DNA of 64,000 bases from Promethearchaeota archaeon (GTDB lineage Archaea > Asgardarchaeota > Lokiarchaeia > Sigyniarchaeales > SOKP01): contig JBHLPW010000001.1 of the NCBI GenBank assembly GCA_048939015.1, positions 16,185 through 80,184 on the forward strand. The letters are read 5' to 3'. This document shows positions 1 to 10,341 of the stretch, in pieces. Both the position numbers and the translations under genes were made by a program. The notes beneath the pieces are model-generated. The model had not been told where the DNA came from. It did not search any database and saw nothing but the letters and a program-made list of their open reading frames with translations. Each line of letters begins with the position of its first letter. The stretch's first letter is position 1.

Positions 1-705
1 AAATTTGGTGGTTTAACTGCTGTCAATGATTTTAGTTTTGAGATTAAAAGGGGTGAATTTGTAGGACTAATTGGTCCAAATGGAGCAGGTAAAACTACTG
101 TGTTTAACCTAATATCTGGGTTTGAAAAACCGAGTTCGGGTAGTATTCGGTTTGATGGAATGAATATAACAGGATTTAGACCTTTTAAAATTGTTAATTT
201 GGGAATTGCAAGAACTTTTCAATTAGTTAGATCTTTTAAGTTTTTAACTTTGTTAGATAATATTTCGGTATCTTGTCTTTCAAAAAGAGGAAAGCAAATT
301 TCAAAAAGAATCGGAACTGATGAGCATGCAAGCTCAATTCTTGCAGATGTTGGACTTGTTGATAAAGCTAGAATTCCTCCAATTATTTTACCTCATGGTG
401 ATTTGAGAAAATTACAAATTGGTAAAGCTCTTGGCACCAACCCTCAATTACTCCTTCTTGATGAACCGTTTAGCGGTCTTTCTCATGAAGAAAGTATAAT
501 TATAACAGAATTAATTAAAAAATTACATGAGGATGGTGTCACCATTTTTATGACTGGTCATGTTTTGCGTGAGCTTATGACATTAGTACCGAGAGTAATT
601 GCGATGCATCAAGGTAAATTTATTGCAGATGGCCCTCCAAGGGAGGTTGCTAATAATAAAATTCTTATTGAAGCATATTTAGGAAAAGGTGAAGCATTTG
701 CTTAA
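1..705 (+). CDS. livG: ABC transporter ATP-binding protein, branched-chain amino acid type (LivG-like); 5' end cut by window edge
   Basis: Frame 1 is open from nt 1 (KFGGLTAVNDFSFEIKRGEFVGLIGPNGAGKTT). Walker A GPNGAGKT, Walker B LLLLDEPF, C-terminal IEAYLG typical of LivG. Overlaps the next ABC ATPase gene by 17 nt. Confidence 0.8.
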   Translation, partial: KFGGLTAVNDFSFEIKRGEFVGLIGPNGAGKTTVFNLISGFEKPSSGSIRFDGMNITGFRPFKIVNLGIARTFQLVRSFKFLTLLDNISVSCLSKRGKQISKRIGTDEHASSILADVGLVDKARIPPIILPHGDLRKLQIGKALGTNPQLLLLDEPFSGLSHEESIIITELIKKLHEDGVTIFMTGHVLRELMTLVPRVIAMHQGKFIADGPPREVANNKILIEAYLGKGEAFA

Positions 706-1402
706 AATAAAAAAAATATATCATTATTATGGAAAAGCAAGAGCTCTTGAAGAAATAAATTTGGATTTAAAAGAGAAAGCTCTTGAGTCTGTTATTGGCC
801 CTAATGGAGCTGGAAAATCAACTCTCCTTAGAGTCATATCAGGTTTGGAAGAACCTGACAGAGGAAAAATAGAGTTTTTAGGTGAGAGAATTGACGAGTT
901 AAAACCTCATAGAATTGCTAGAAAAGGAATCTCTCATTGCCCTGAACGACGTAGATTATTTTACGATTTAACAGTTTCTGAAAATTTAGATATGGGTGCT
1001 TACACACTTAAAGATCGTAGTAAAGCGAAAGAATTAAGAAAATTTGTTTTTGAAATTTTCCCACGACTTAAAGAAAGGAAAAAACAACGAGCTGGTACTT
1101 TAAGTGGTGGTGAACAACAAATGCTTGCTATTGCACGGGCTTTAATGGCTAATCCAAAACTTCTTCTTATGGATGAACCTTCATTAGGGTTAGCTCCAAA
1201 GATTAAAAAAACAATATTTGATGCCATTGAAAAGATAAAACAAGAAGGTACAACTTCTTTATTAGTTGAACAGGACGCAGTACTAGCTATGAATATCTCA
1301 GAATATATTCATGTTCTAGAGGAAGGGAAAATTGAAATGAGGGGAACAAAAGAAGAATTAGAAAAAGAACCTCGTATAAAACAAGTTTATTTAGGAATTT
1401 AA
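689..1402 (+). CDS. livF: ABC transporter ATP-binding protein, branched-chain amino acid type (LivF-like)
   Basis: GTG start. Walker A GPNGAGKST, signature LSGGEQQMLAIARAL, Walker B LLLMDEPS, C-terminal KQVYLGI typical of LivF. Confidence 0.85.
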   Translation: MKHLLKIKKIYHYYGKARALEEINLDLKEKALESVIGPNGAGKSTLLRVISGLEEPDRGKIEFLGERIDELKPHRIARKGISHCPERRRLFYDLTVSENLDMGAYTLKDRSKAKELRKFVFEIFPRLKERKKQRAGTLSGGEQQMLAIARALMANPKLLLMDEPSLGLAPKIKKTIFDAIEKIKQEGTTSLLVEQDAVLAMNISEYIHVLEEGKIEMRGTKEELEKEPRIKQVYLGI

Positions 1403-1412
1403 GGTGATTTAA

Positions 1413-2831
1413 TTGTCAGCTCCTTTAGAAAAATTATTAAGAGACGCTAGAATCGATCTGATCTTAGCGAGGATAGAAAAAGATGAATCTGTTATAAATG
1501 AAGTAATTGGACATTTAAACAGTGAGAGTAGGTCTGTCAAATTTAATTCTATACATGTTTTAGGAGAAATTGGTCAAAAATCAATAGATGCTGTTTCAAA
1601 AATAACTAGTTGCTTGGAAGATCAAGATTGGAGTATTTGCCGGGAGGCTGCTCGAACATTAGGTAAAATTGGTAATTCTGCTAAAGATGCAGTACCTCAA
1701 TTATCACAAATGTTAAATGATAAAGAAGAATCAATTAGAACAGAATCCGCAATTGCTCTTGGAAAAATACGTAATTCTAGTCCTGACTCAATCTCTCTTC
1801 TAATTAAAGCGTTAGATGATAAAAGTGAAATTGTAAGAACTGAAGTAGCAAAAACTCTAGGTGAAATAGGATCAGATGCTTTTGACGCCATCCCTTATTT
1901 AATGAATTCCCTTAAAGATATAAGCTGGACAGTAAGAACTGCTTCAGCTCAATCGATTAGTCTTATTGGAAAAGGATCTGTGAAGGCAATTCCTAGTCTA
2001 ATATATGCTCTTGAGGATCAAGATTGGAGAGTACGTTATCGGGTCGTGAATACTCTTGCGGAAATTGGAGATCCTACTATTCCAAGTCTATTAGAAGCCA
2101 TAGAAAGTAAAAATAAGATAGTAAGAAAAGAAGCCGTTGATGCTTTAGGAGAAATTAAGACTTCAGATCCTAAAATAATTGATACTATCTCAGAATTATT
2201 ACATGATAAATCTGAAATGGTTAGGGGAAAAGCAGCCGATGCTCTTAGAAGTATTGGTAAACCTGCTGTTCCAAAAATAATAGAAATTTTTGATAGTTTG
2301 AATACAAAAATGAAAATAATCATTCTTTCTGCTTTGGGGGGTATTGGGTCTGAAGCTAAAGAGGCTATACCACTTATTATTAATTGTTTAATGATACCTG
2401 AACAGGAAATAGAATATATTCCTTCTTTTATTAATAAAATAAAAAGAGCGATAACAACTTTTTTAAAAGATCCCCGAAAAAAGGGAGCTTCAATTCGAGT
2501 AGAAGCAGCAAGGGCATTAGGAAAAATTGGATTTGATTCAGAAGATAGTGTTCATGCTCTTGAAATTGTTTTAAACGATCCCCGAAGTAGTGTCCGACGT
2601 GAAGCTGCACTTTCTTTAGGAAAGTTAGGAGCTAAAAGTGCTGTCTCCTCTCTAATAAAGGCTTTAAAGGATGAAAATCGAGATGTTAGGTGGAGAGCCT
2701 CTGAGGCATTAGGAACTCTCGGAATAAATACAGAAGAGGTTATTTCAAATTTAAATGCTTTGGTTCATGATAAATGTGATTATGTTTGTGAATCAGCAAT
2801 TCTCGCTCTCGATAATTTAACAGAAGATTAA
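1413..2831 (+). CDS. HEAT-repeat (PBS-lyase type) protein
   Basis: About 11 repeats of the pattern D..W.VR..AA.ALG.IG... (e.g. VRWRASEALGTLG, VRREAALSLGKLG, ICREAARTLGKIG). TTG start 11 nt after the livF stop. Confidence 0.75.
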   Translation: MSAPLEKLLRDARIDLILARIEKDESVINEVIGHLNSESRSVKFNSIHVLGEIGQKSIDAVSKITSCLEDQDWSICREAARTLGKIGNSAKDAVPQLSQMLNDKEESIRTESAIALGKIRNSSPDSISLLIKALDDKSEIVRTEVAKTLGEIGSDAFDAIPYLMNSLKDISWTVRTASAQSISLIGKGSVKAIPSLIYALEDQDWRVRYRVVNTLAEIGDPTIPSLLEAIESKNKIVRKEAVDALGEIKTSDPKIIDTISELLHDKSEMVRGKAADALRSIGKPAVPKIIEIFDSLNTKMKIIILSALGGIGSEAKEAIPLIINCLMIPEQEIEYIPSFINKIKRAITTFLKDPRKKGASIRVEAARALGKIGFDSEDSVHALEIVLNDPRSSVRREAALSLGKLGAKSAVSSLIKALKDENRDVRWRASEALGTLGINTEEVISNLNALVHDKCDYVCESAILALDNLTED

Positions 2832-2904
2832 CAAAAAAATTATTAATTAATATTAATTTTATTCAAAATAACTAAAATAAATATAAAAAAGAGGTAATAA
2901 GTGA

Positions 2905-4590
2905 ATGAGTGAAGACCCATATGCAGAGAAAATTTGGACTAATAATTACGATAAAGGAGTTCCTAGTACTATTGATTATCCTGAAATGAATGTTTATGGA
3001 TTTCTTGATAATTCAGCAAAAGATTTTGGAAGTCGGACTGCGATTTGGTTTATGAAGAACAAAATATCTTATAAAAATCTAAAAGATCTTGCTGAGAGAT
3101 TAGCAACCGCATTAGTTGATTTAGGTCTTAAAAGGAAGGATGTTGTTGCTATAATGATTCCAAATTTCCCTCAATTTATTATAAGTTATTATGGAATATT
3201 GAAAGCAGGTGGAATTGTTACAGCTTGTTCAGTATTACACACTGAGCATGAACTTGCTTATCAATTAAATGACGCTGGAGCAGAAATAATAATTGCTTGG
3301 GATAATCAAATTGAAAAAATCAATAAAATTAAAGATAGAACTCGTCTAAGACATATAATAATAACCAATGTTTTGGATTACACTCCAATGGCTCCAAGAA
3401 ATCCTCCAGAAATTGCAGGTACTAAGCAATTTATTAATTTACTCAATAACACAAAACCAAATCCACCTACATTTGAAACTAATGCAAAAGAAGATATATT
3501 ATGTCTTCAATACACCGGAGGGACAACAGGATTACCTAAAGGAGCAATGCTTACTCATTATAACATCGTTTCAAATTGTGTAGCAGTAGGGACATGGGCA
3601 GGCGAAGAATTTAGAAGGGGAAAAGAAACCATTCTAACCAATTTACCATTATTTCATATTTACGGGCAGACTGTATGTATGAATTTGCACATTTATATGG
3701 GATCAACAATTGCCTTAAATCCTGATCCTCGGGATCAAAAATCTTTATTTGAAATAATAAAATCTACCCATCCTACTATGTTTCCAGGAGTACCAACAAT
3801 GTATATGCGTCTGTTAGAAAGGGATGATCTTGAAGATTATGCTAAAGATTTAAAATCTATAAGAGTTTGTAATACAGGAGCAGCCCCAATGCCACCGGAG
3901 GTTCAAAAAGATTTTGAAGAAAGAACAGGAGGTATTATTCTTGAAGGTTATGGATTAACAGAATCATCTCCAGTAACACATAGTAATCCGTTTTCAGGCA
4001 CAAGAAAAGTAGGGTCTGTTGGTATGCCCATTCCTGATACAAACGTAAGAATCGTTGATATTGATGATTATACGAAAATATTACCCCCTGGAGAAGCTGG
4101 AGAAATACTAATGAAAGGTCCTCAGATAATGAAAGGATACTGGAATAAACCGGAAGAAACAGAAAACCAGTTAAAAGATGGTTGGTTATTAACTGGAGAT
4201 ATTGGAAAGATGGACGAAGACGGATATTTTTTTATTGTTGATAGAAAGAAAGATATGATTGATGTTAGTGGGTTTAAAGTATATCCAAGAGAAATTGAAG
4301 ATGTTTTATTTGAATATGAACCAATTGAAAAAGCAGCGATCATAGGAGTTCCAGATCCCGACCTTCCTGGTAGTGAAAAAGTCAAGGCATATATCGTATT
4401 AAAAGATGGATATCAAGATACTGAGGAAGCAAAGAATGAAATAAAAGAGTTTCTACGGAAAAATGTAGCACCCTATAAAGTACCTAAATTCATAGAATTT
4501 CGTAAGGAATTACCTGAAACATTAGTAGGAAAAGTACAAAGAAAAGAATTAAAAGATATCGAAGCTAAAAGAAGAGGAGAAGAAGTTTAA
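2905..4590 (+). CDS. AMP-dependent synthetase/ligase, long-chain acyl-CoA synthetase-like (FadD family)
   Basis: AMP-binding motif LQYTGGTTGLPKGAMLTH, EGYGLTE, TGDIGKMDEDGYFFIVDRKKD, and C-terminal PKFIEFRKELPETLVGKVQRK. Confidence 0.85.
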   Translation: MSEDPYAEKIWTNNYDKGVPSTIDYPEMNVYGFLDNSAKDFGSRTAIWFMKNKISYKNLKDLAERLATALVDLGLKRKDVVAIMIPNFPQFIISYYGILKAGGIVTACSVLHTEHELAYQLNDAGAEIIIAWDNQIEKINKIKDRTRLRHIIITNVLDYTPMAPRNPPEIAGTKQFINLLNNTKPNPPTFETNAKEDILCLQYTGGTTGLPKGAMLTHYNIVSNCVAVGTWAGEEFRRGKETILTNLPLFHIYGQTVCMNLHIYMGSTIALNPDPRDQKSLFEIIKSTHPTMFPGVPTMYMRLLERDDLEDYAKDLKSIRVCNTGAAPMPPEVQKDFEERTGGIILEGYGLTESSPVTHSNPFSGTRKVGSVGMPIPDTNVRIVDIDDYTKILPPGEAGEILMKGPQIMKGYWNKPEETENQLKDGWLLTGDIGKMDEDGYFFIVDRKKDMIDVSGFKVYPREIEDVLFEYEPIEKAAIIGVPDPDLPGSEKVKAYIVLKDGYQDTEEAKNEIKEFLRKNVAPYKVPKFIEFRKELPETLVGKVQRKELKDIEAKRRGEEV

Positions 4591-4655
4591 ATTTAAGTTA
4601 CATTTATATTTTCTATTTTAGCTAAATTTTTTTTTTATCCTATTTAATTATTATT

Positions 4656-7247
4656 ATGTTTCTATATATAGAGAATTTAAATCAGACTGATGCAAAAAAA
4701 GAAGAATTATTGTTAATTCCCTTGCCTCAATATATTAGAATATTAAATTCTCAGAAAATGAAAATTGATGAATCTTCAAAATTATATACCGATTTAAATG
4801 AAAAAAATAATCATTTTATTTTACAATTACAAAGTTTCTTAAAATCTGTAGATTTAAAAAAGGAGTTAAAGGTTTTTAGGGAGCAAGATCTTGAAAAATA
4901 TCATGAAATAGAGTTATTTTTAGAGGAGAGTATATCTCTTTTTCCAGAAACACTTTACAATAGTGTTAAAGAGAGGAAAATTTACCAAGATCAAGGATAT
5001 CTAATTATTTCAAAAGATTCTAGAGTTATTATAGAAGCTAACTCTGAAAATGGCTTATTTTATGGAATTCAAACATTTATTCAAGTCTTAAATTCTAGCC
5101 CGGATAGATTGTCAATAAATAATTTTATTATATTAGATTTTCCTTCTCTCCAAATTCGTGGTATTTCTGATGATATTTCAAGAGGCCAAGCACCTAACAT
5201 TGAAAATTTAAAGAAATTTATAAAAACTCTTAGCCATTATAAGATAAATCAATATTATTTGGTTTATATGTTAGATATGATTAAATTTAGAGATTATCCT
5301 GACATTGGAAAAGATAGAGGTGCTTATTCTAAAGAAGAGATAAAAGATTTAATTGATTTTGCAAAAAAATGGTGTGTTGAAATAATTCCTGTTTTTCAAA
5401 CAATAGGACATTGGGATAATATTTTGCAATACCCGAAGTATTGGCAATATGGTGAATTTCCAGGCTCAAATAGTCCAAATTTAGCAAATGAAGAAATATA
5501 TGAGATGTTAGATAAAATGATAGGAGAACTTAGTGAAATATTTACTTCTGAATATTTTCATATAGGAGCGGATGAAAGTATCGATGTCGGTAAAGTAAAT
5601 TCGAAATCATATATTAATGATACTGGACTTGGAAATGCCTACTTAAAACATTATAAAAAAGTATATGAAATTGTTAAAAAACATGGATATAAAAAAGTTC
5701 TCATCTATCATGATGTTTTACATAAGTTCAAGGATATTCTCGAAAACTTACCTAAGGACATGATTATTGTATATTGGAATTATAATTTGAAAAAAATTCA
5801 TCCTATTATAGACAAAATTAAAAAATATGACTATTCAATAATTGTTAGCCCTTCAATTATGGATTTTAATCGAATTTTTCCATCGATTGATAAGTATGAA
5901 CGAAGTATTTCATACTTGCTTAAATACGGTCATGAAAAAGAGGTGATTGGTGAAATCACATCGAGTTGGGGCGATTATAGGAACAAAGAGATTCGAGAAA
6001 ATAGAATTTATGGATTTATTTTCTCTGCTATGGTAGGGTGGAATCCTATTAAAGAAATTAATAAATTTTTATTTTGGAAAGGTTTATTTCTTCATTTCTT
6101 TGGGATTGATGATCGCCGATTAGTGGAGATATTTAGCAAATTTAGATTAATACAAGACAAAAATTTATTACATACACGTCCTTCAGGATACTATAATCAC
6201 TTTTTTGCTCATCCTTTTAATAAAAATACCTCTAAATACAAAAAGAATATAAAAACTAGGGGTTTTGATAAATTAATTTCTGATTTGGAAGACATCATTG
6301 AAAAATGTAAAGAATTGGAGATAATTATTCCTAAAAACAAAATTAATATTAGAAATCTTACTTTTGTTGCTAAACATATAAAATTATATTGTAAAAAAAG
6401 GACTAATTCGAAAAAGTCGATAGATTATATTCTAAAAAAGAAAAAAAATAATAAAGACCAATTTATAAAACAAATTGAAGATGTAAAGGAGGAATTATTA
6501 GATTTATTAAATGAGTATGAAATTTTATGGCTAAAATGTTCTAAGAAAGAGGGGTTCAAATCAATAAAACAGAAATATTTATGGTTATTAAAGTTTTATG
6601 ATGATAAATTAAGTGAACTCAAAAATAATAAAGAATGGGAAGATCCAAACATTCCAAGTGAGTTAATTTATTTAAGTTCGAATAAGATCCATGAAGTGAA
6701 TAAGACCTATTACAAAAAAGATTTTTTTATTGATGATGAAATCGAACACGCTCATTTACAAGTAATTGCAGGTTGTTTTGCTAAAATTTATATAAATAAT
6801 GAATGTATTGGTCATGTAATTACAAGAAGAACCTTAAATGTTGTAGGAATTGAAAAAAATATTCAGATTTTTAATATTACTGGTTTTATCAAAAAGGGTG
6901 AGAATTCAATTATTATTGAAAATTTTGATTATATAGGAGGAGTAGGTCCAATTAATGTTTTTGGAACTATAAGATTAAAATCACAAGAATTAATCTTCAT
7001 CAACACAGATAAAACATGGTTAGGTTCAACAACTAATAAAGAAGAGTGGAGAAAAGTAAAAAGTTTTGGTAAACCTCCTAAAGCAACTGGTGGACTAAAT
7101 TGGCCTGATTTTGAGAAAAATATACCATCTAATGCTGATGATAGTATGCCATTCTTAAACACCTTAATTAGTAAAATTTCAAAGAAATATTTCTGGTTTG
7201 TAAAGCTAATCGTTAAATTATTTAACCGATATGATATAATTGAATAA
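4656..7247 (+). CDS. Glycoside hydrolase family 20-like protein (hexosaminidase-like) with a long C-terminal extension
   Basis: GH20-like landmarks by eye: [52 protein letters not shown] (D-E pair). The C-terminal ~180 aa read like a beta-sandwich sugar-binding domain. No N-terminal signal peptide. Confidence 0.5.
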   Translation: MFLYIENLNQTDAKKEELLLIPLPQYIRILNSQKMKIDESSKLYTDLNEKNNHFILQLQSFLKSVDLKKELKVFREQDLEKYHEIELFLEESISLFPETLYNSVKERKIYQDQGYLIISKDSRVIIEANSENGLFYGIQTFIQVLNSSPDRLSINNFIILDFPSLQIRGISDDISRGQAPNIENLKKFIKTLSHYKINQYYLVYMLDMIKFRDYPDIGKDRGAYSKEEIKDLIDFAKKWCVEIIPVFQTIGHWDNILQYPKYWQYGEFPGSNSPNLANEEIYEMLDKMIGELSEIFTSEYFHIGADESIDVGKVNSKSYINDTGLGNAYLKHYKKVYEIVKKHGYKKVLIYHDVLHKFKDILENLPKDMIIVYWNYNLKKIHPIIDKIKKYDYSIIVSPSIMDFNRIFPSIDKYERSISYLLKYGHEKEVIGEITSSWGDYRNKEIRENRIYGFIFSAMVGWNPIKEINKFLFWKGLFLHFFGIDDRRLVEIFSKFRLIQDKNLLHTRPSGYYNHFFAHPFNKNTSKYKKNIKTRGFDKLISDLEDIIEKCKELEIIIPKNKINIRNLTFVAKHIKLYCKKRTNSKKSIDYILKKKKNNKDQFIKQIEDVKEELLDLLNEYEILWLKCSKKEGFKSIKQKYLWLLKFYDDKLSELKNNKEWEDPNIPSELIYLSSNKIHEVNKTYYKKDFFIDDEIEHAHLQVIAGCFAKIYINNECIGHVITRRTLNVVGIEKNIQIFNITGFIKKGENSIIIENFDYIGGVGPINVFGTIRLKSQELIFINTDKTWLGSTTNKEEWRKVKSFGKPPKATGGLNWPDFEKNIPSNADDSMPFLNTLISKISKKYFWFVKLIVKLFNRYDIIE

Positions 7248-7734
7248 CTTTTTTCAATTTATATTAAAAATTCTCTTTACTTTAAAAGATAGTGCATATA
7301 AAATTCTGAGAAATAGTTAGAGGTTAATTAAAGATTCTTTTTTTTCCATTTTTTCATAAAATCTTTAAAGGATTTTTCTGATATTCCAATCCCATTGAGA
7401 TTATCATCAATTACTTTCTTACTTGATTCATTCTTACTTTTGAATGATAATTCCCAATCATAATAGGAAATTGCTTTTGACATGATCTTATAATTTATTT
7501 CTTTATAAATAAAACAATACAGAGTACCAATTTTCTAAAAGCTAAGAAAATAGTACAAATTTGTCTATATAGATTTTGGTATTATATATTATAATCCGTG
7601 CCAAAAGAACGAAATAGATAAAGAAAGTTAAAGATTATAAATGTTGAGTTAATAAGATAATTGTTAGATAGTGCCCGACAAAAATTGGGCATGAAATAAT
7701 TCATATGGATATCAATATTTATCGTTCAAATGGT

Positions 7735-8760
7735 TTAGAGCGTGTTTAATTCTTTAAGTGAATAGACTTTTTTTGGTTTTCCCACACTTTCTTTTATCTC
7801 ATTCTCTTCTACTTCTCCTATTTTGGTAAGATAATCAAGAATTTCCCTCAATTTTCCTCCACCAATCTTAGATTCCATACTTAATTCCTTGGTTGAAATC
7901 ACTTTTTTATTTCGAAGAATATCTAATACAATTTGAAAAGATTCAGGATATTCAATTTTAATTCTTTTGATAATATTTTTCACTTCTAAATATTTCTTCG
8001 ATTGTTGAACAAAATTTATACCATAAAATCCATCAAAATGGAAGATATCATCATTCAAAAAAAGTACAGTATTGAGATATTTTCCATCAATTAAGACAAC
8101 ACCGTTATTTACAATTATATCATTATATCGAACATGTTGACATGTAGTCTCTTTAGTTTGGATTATTTCTATTGGAGTTCTTTTAAGAATATTAGTAATC
8201 TGATCAAAATAGTCTTCAATTGAATCAAAATCATCTTTAGAAAAATATAATACTAATTTAATTCCCTTTAAAAAAGCATTATAAAATGCAGGTTCTAGCT
8301 TTTTTAACAATGTAGGGGGTAATGCTGACATATAAATTTCATTTTTACAATTTTCTATTAATTTATAGTAATATTCAACTGCTAAATTAACATCTGTATA
8401 ATGATAGAAAGTTATATTTGCATAGCATTTACCTACTGTGCTTTCTTCTGCTTTTACAGTCTCACCTATCAAATTTATTTGTTTCTTAAATCCCTTCATC
8501 CTTTCGTCCAATACCCTCATTAAAGCGATTTGAGGATCAATTCTGAAGTATTTTTTATTCTTTTTACTTTTTGAAGAAAAAATTAGACCCATATCCTCTA
8601 AAATAGACATGTTATAATTAACTTGAGAGTAAGATAAGTTCAAGTTTTCTTTAATTTCAAAAGTAGTACCTGATTTTCGTTCGATTAGATAATCATATAG
8701 TTGAATTTGAATTTCTGATAATCCAATATCTCTTAAGTAGGGATGATAGTTTTTTAGCAT
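7735..8760 (-). CDS. TrmB-family transcriptional regulator
   Basis: N-terminal winged HTH (LSEIQIQLYDYLIERKSGTTFEIKENLNLSYSQVNYNMSILEDMGLIFSS), then a coiled linker, a TrmB-like C-domain and a second C-terminal wHTH-like segment. Confidence 0.65.
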   Translation of the reverse strand: MLKNYHPYLRDIGLSEIQIQLYDYLIERKSGTTFEIKENLNLSYSQVNYNMSILEDMGLIFSSKSKKNKKYFRIDPQIALMRVLDERMKGFKKQINLIGETVKAEESTVGKCYANITFYHYTDVNLAVEYYYKLIENCKNEIYMSALPPTLLKKLEPAFYNAFLKGIKLVLYFSKDDFDSIEDYFDQITNILKRTPIEIIQTKETTCQHVRYNDIIVNNGVVLIDGKYLNTVLFLNDDIFHFDGFYGINFVQQSKKYLEVKNIIKRIKIEYPESFQIVLDILRNKKVISTKELSMESKIGGGKLREILDYLTKIGEVEENEIKESVGKPKKVYSLKELNTL

Positions 8761-8916
8761 TATTATAAACTTTGCTCTCTGGTTATGTATATAATATGTG
8801 ACACAATTAAAAAGTAATTTCCAATATATATTGGTTATTTATGGTTTCAAATATACTTTTAAAATAATACAATAAGAATTTTAATTAAAAAATGATATAA
8901 AAAGAAGTGATAAAAT

Positions 8917-9048
8917 ATGGCTCAATGCAAAGATTGTAAATTTTATAAACCAATAGATGAAACAAAGGGAGACTGTTTTGGTCATGAAGTTCCTGCAACA
9001 CTTGATGTGAGTAATTGTCCTGCCCAGAGTTTTCAGCCAAGAGAGTAA
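8917..9048 (+). CDS. Small 43-aa four-cysteine protein (below the ORF-track size cut-off)
   Basis: ATG at 8917, TAA at 9046-9048. Translation is MAQCKDCKFYKPIDETKGDCFGHEVPATLDVSNCPAQSFQPRE. Ends 12 nt before the start of the co-directional GyrI-like gene. Confidence 0.4.
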   Translation: MAQCKDCKFYKPIDETKGDCFGHEVPATLDVSNCPAQSFQPRE

Positions 9049-9060
9049 AATGGTGAGGAT

Positions 9061-9684
9061 GTGCCTGCGAAAAAAGATTTTAAAAAAGAGATGAAAGAAC
9101 TTTATCAACCGAGTTCGAAAGAAGTTATATCCGTTGAAGTTCCTGAGATGCCATTTCTTATGATTGATGGTATGGGTTCTCCAGGAGATTCTAAGGAATA
9201 TGAGGATGCTCTCGCTGCTCTATACCCTATCGCTTTCAAAACTAAATTCATAAGTAAAGGAAAGGGAAGAGACTATATAGTACCCCCACTTGAAGGATTA
9301 TGGTGGGCAGATGATATGAATGATTTTACAGAGGGAAATCGTGATAAATGGAAATGGACAATGATGATTATGCAACCTGAGTGGATAACTCAAGAAGTGA
9401 TCGATGAGGCTATTGAGAGTACTAAGGAAAAGAAAGGGGAACTTGCAAAACTGCTTCCTAAATTAAGATTCGAGAAATATAAAGAAGGTAAAGCCGCTCA
9501 AATATTGCATATCGGACCTTATTCTGAGGAAGGTCCTAATATACAGAAACTTCATGATTTTATTAAAAAAATAGGTGGCAAATTTGATGGCCATCAATTA
9601 AAGCACCATGAGATATATCTTAGTGATCCACGAAAATCTAAACCAGAAAATATGAAAACTATAATAAGACAATCATATGAATAA
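9061..9684 (+). CDS. GyrI-like small-molecule-binding domain protein
   Basis: GTG start. The pattern KELYQPS.KEV..VEVPEM.FLMIDG.G.P....Y..A..ALY...F, LEGLWW and HHEIYLSDPRK matches the GyrI-like/SOUL-like effector-binding fold family. Confidence 0.65.
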   Translation: MPAKKDFKKEMKELYQPSSKEVISVEVPEMPFLMIDGMGSPGDSKEYEDALAALYPIAFKTKFISKGKGRDYIVPPLEGLWWADDMNDFTEGNRDKWKWTMMIMQPEWITQEVIDEAIESTKEKKGELAKLLPKLRFEKYKEGKAAQILHIGPYSEEGPNIQKLHDFIKKIGGKFDGHQLKHHEIYLSDPRKSKPENMKTIIRQSYE

Positions 9685-9776
9685 TCTTTTTCTTACTTTT
9701 TTCTAATCTACATCATAATCTTTAAATTCTAAGTCTCAAGTATCTTTAAATAATATACAATTTTAGGATTAAGAAT

Positions 9777-10328
9777 ATGACTAGTGTAGAAAATCAACAA
9801 AAAATCAATGTCAGAGATTGGATTACTCTTAGTACAGTTATGATTGGAGCAGTATTAACAATTTTAGCATTAATTTGGCAAAACCCACCACCTATAACTC
9901 ATGGTATTGTTACAAGCACATTTCTACTAATGATTTCATTCATATTTTTCGTAAACTCCGTTTCAGCAAATTCAAAAGCTCAATTTGAAGCTAATCAAGG
10001 AAGAATCCCTGAAGAGCGAATTGAACGCTTTGTAACCTTCGCAGAATATTCTTTCGGTTTTGGATTTACTTTAGTTATTACTGGTTTTACGATTCTTGCC
10101 TATGGATATTTGTTCGATTATATAGGACGCGTACTAATCACATTATTACTCCCAATTACGTTTTTAGTAACTACATGGGTATTAATTTTCATATACAACA
10201 TTATTAATTATATGGGTAAACCTTTAGGAGCTATTAGAAGTCTAAAACGAAACCTCTGGATATTTTTAGAACTGATCTGTTTAGTAATAATCATATTTGA
10301 TTTTTTTGGGATACTTTCAATTCCCTAA
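9777..10328 (+). CDS. Integral membrane protein, unknown function
   Basis: 183-aa ORF with about 5 hydrophobic helices. No recognisable family motif. Confidence 0.55.
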   Translation: MTSVENQQKINVRDWITLSTVMIGAVLTILALIWQNPPPITHGIVTSTFLLMISFIFFVNSVSANSKAQFEANQGRIPEERIERFVTFAEYSFGFGFTLVITGFTILAYGYLFDYIGRVLITLLLPITFLVTTWVLIFIYNIINYMGKPLGAIRSLKRNLWIFLELICLVIIIFDFFGILSIP

Positions 10329-10341
10329 ACTTTTTTTATTT

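Noticed and set aside
1000-1227. Antisense or alternate-frame ORFs nested in larger genes. Examples: 1000-1227, 1697-1891, 2036-2323, 3368-3583, 4122-4385, 6929-7162, 10433-10636, 12827-13054, 16676-16879, 20066-20263, 22443-22640, 27593-27796, 30370-30639, 30803-31027, 33868-34152, 38666-39073, 39760-39954, 44672-44941, 58128-58385, 59549-59860.
   Set aside because: Each lies fully inside a longer ORF that has clear family motifs. Their translations are low-complexity (S/F/I/L-rich) shadows typical of AT-rich antisense frames.
7328-7483. 51-aa lysine-rich minus-strand ORF (MSKAISYYDWELSFKSKNESSKKVIDDNLNGIGISEKSFKDFMKKWKKKNL) in the 487-bp gap after the GH20-like gene.
   Set aside because: It has no motif, is very AT-biased, and has no evident ribosome-binding site. 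I cannot distinguish it from a chance ORF, so it is not listed as a feature.
7672-7692. Short hairpin tgccc-gacaaaaatt-gggca downstream of the TrmB-like gene, considered as a terminator.
   Set aside because: It has only a 5-bp stem. Archaeal termination relies mainly on T-tracts. The evidence is insufficient.
8821-8834. Perfect 14-bp palindrome ccaatatatattgg upstream of the TrmB-like gene, considered as an operator.
   Set aside because: It is almost pure AT and overlaps what could simply be a TATA-like promoter element. The chance occurrence of such palindromes in AT-rich spacers is high. It is mentioned only as context.
8881-9108. 75-aa minus-strand ORF between the TrmB-like and GyrI-like genes.
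   Set aside because: The translation is a hydrophobic, low-complexity shadow. It overlaps both the plausible 43-aa plus-strand Cys ORF and the start of the GyrI-like gene.
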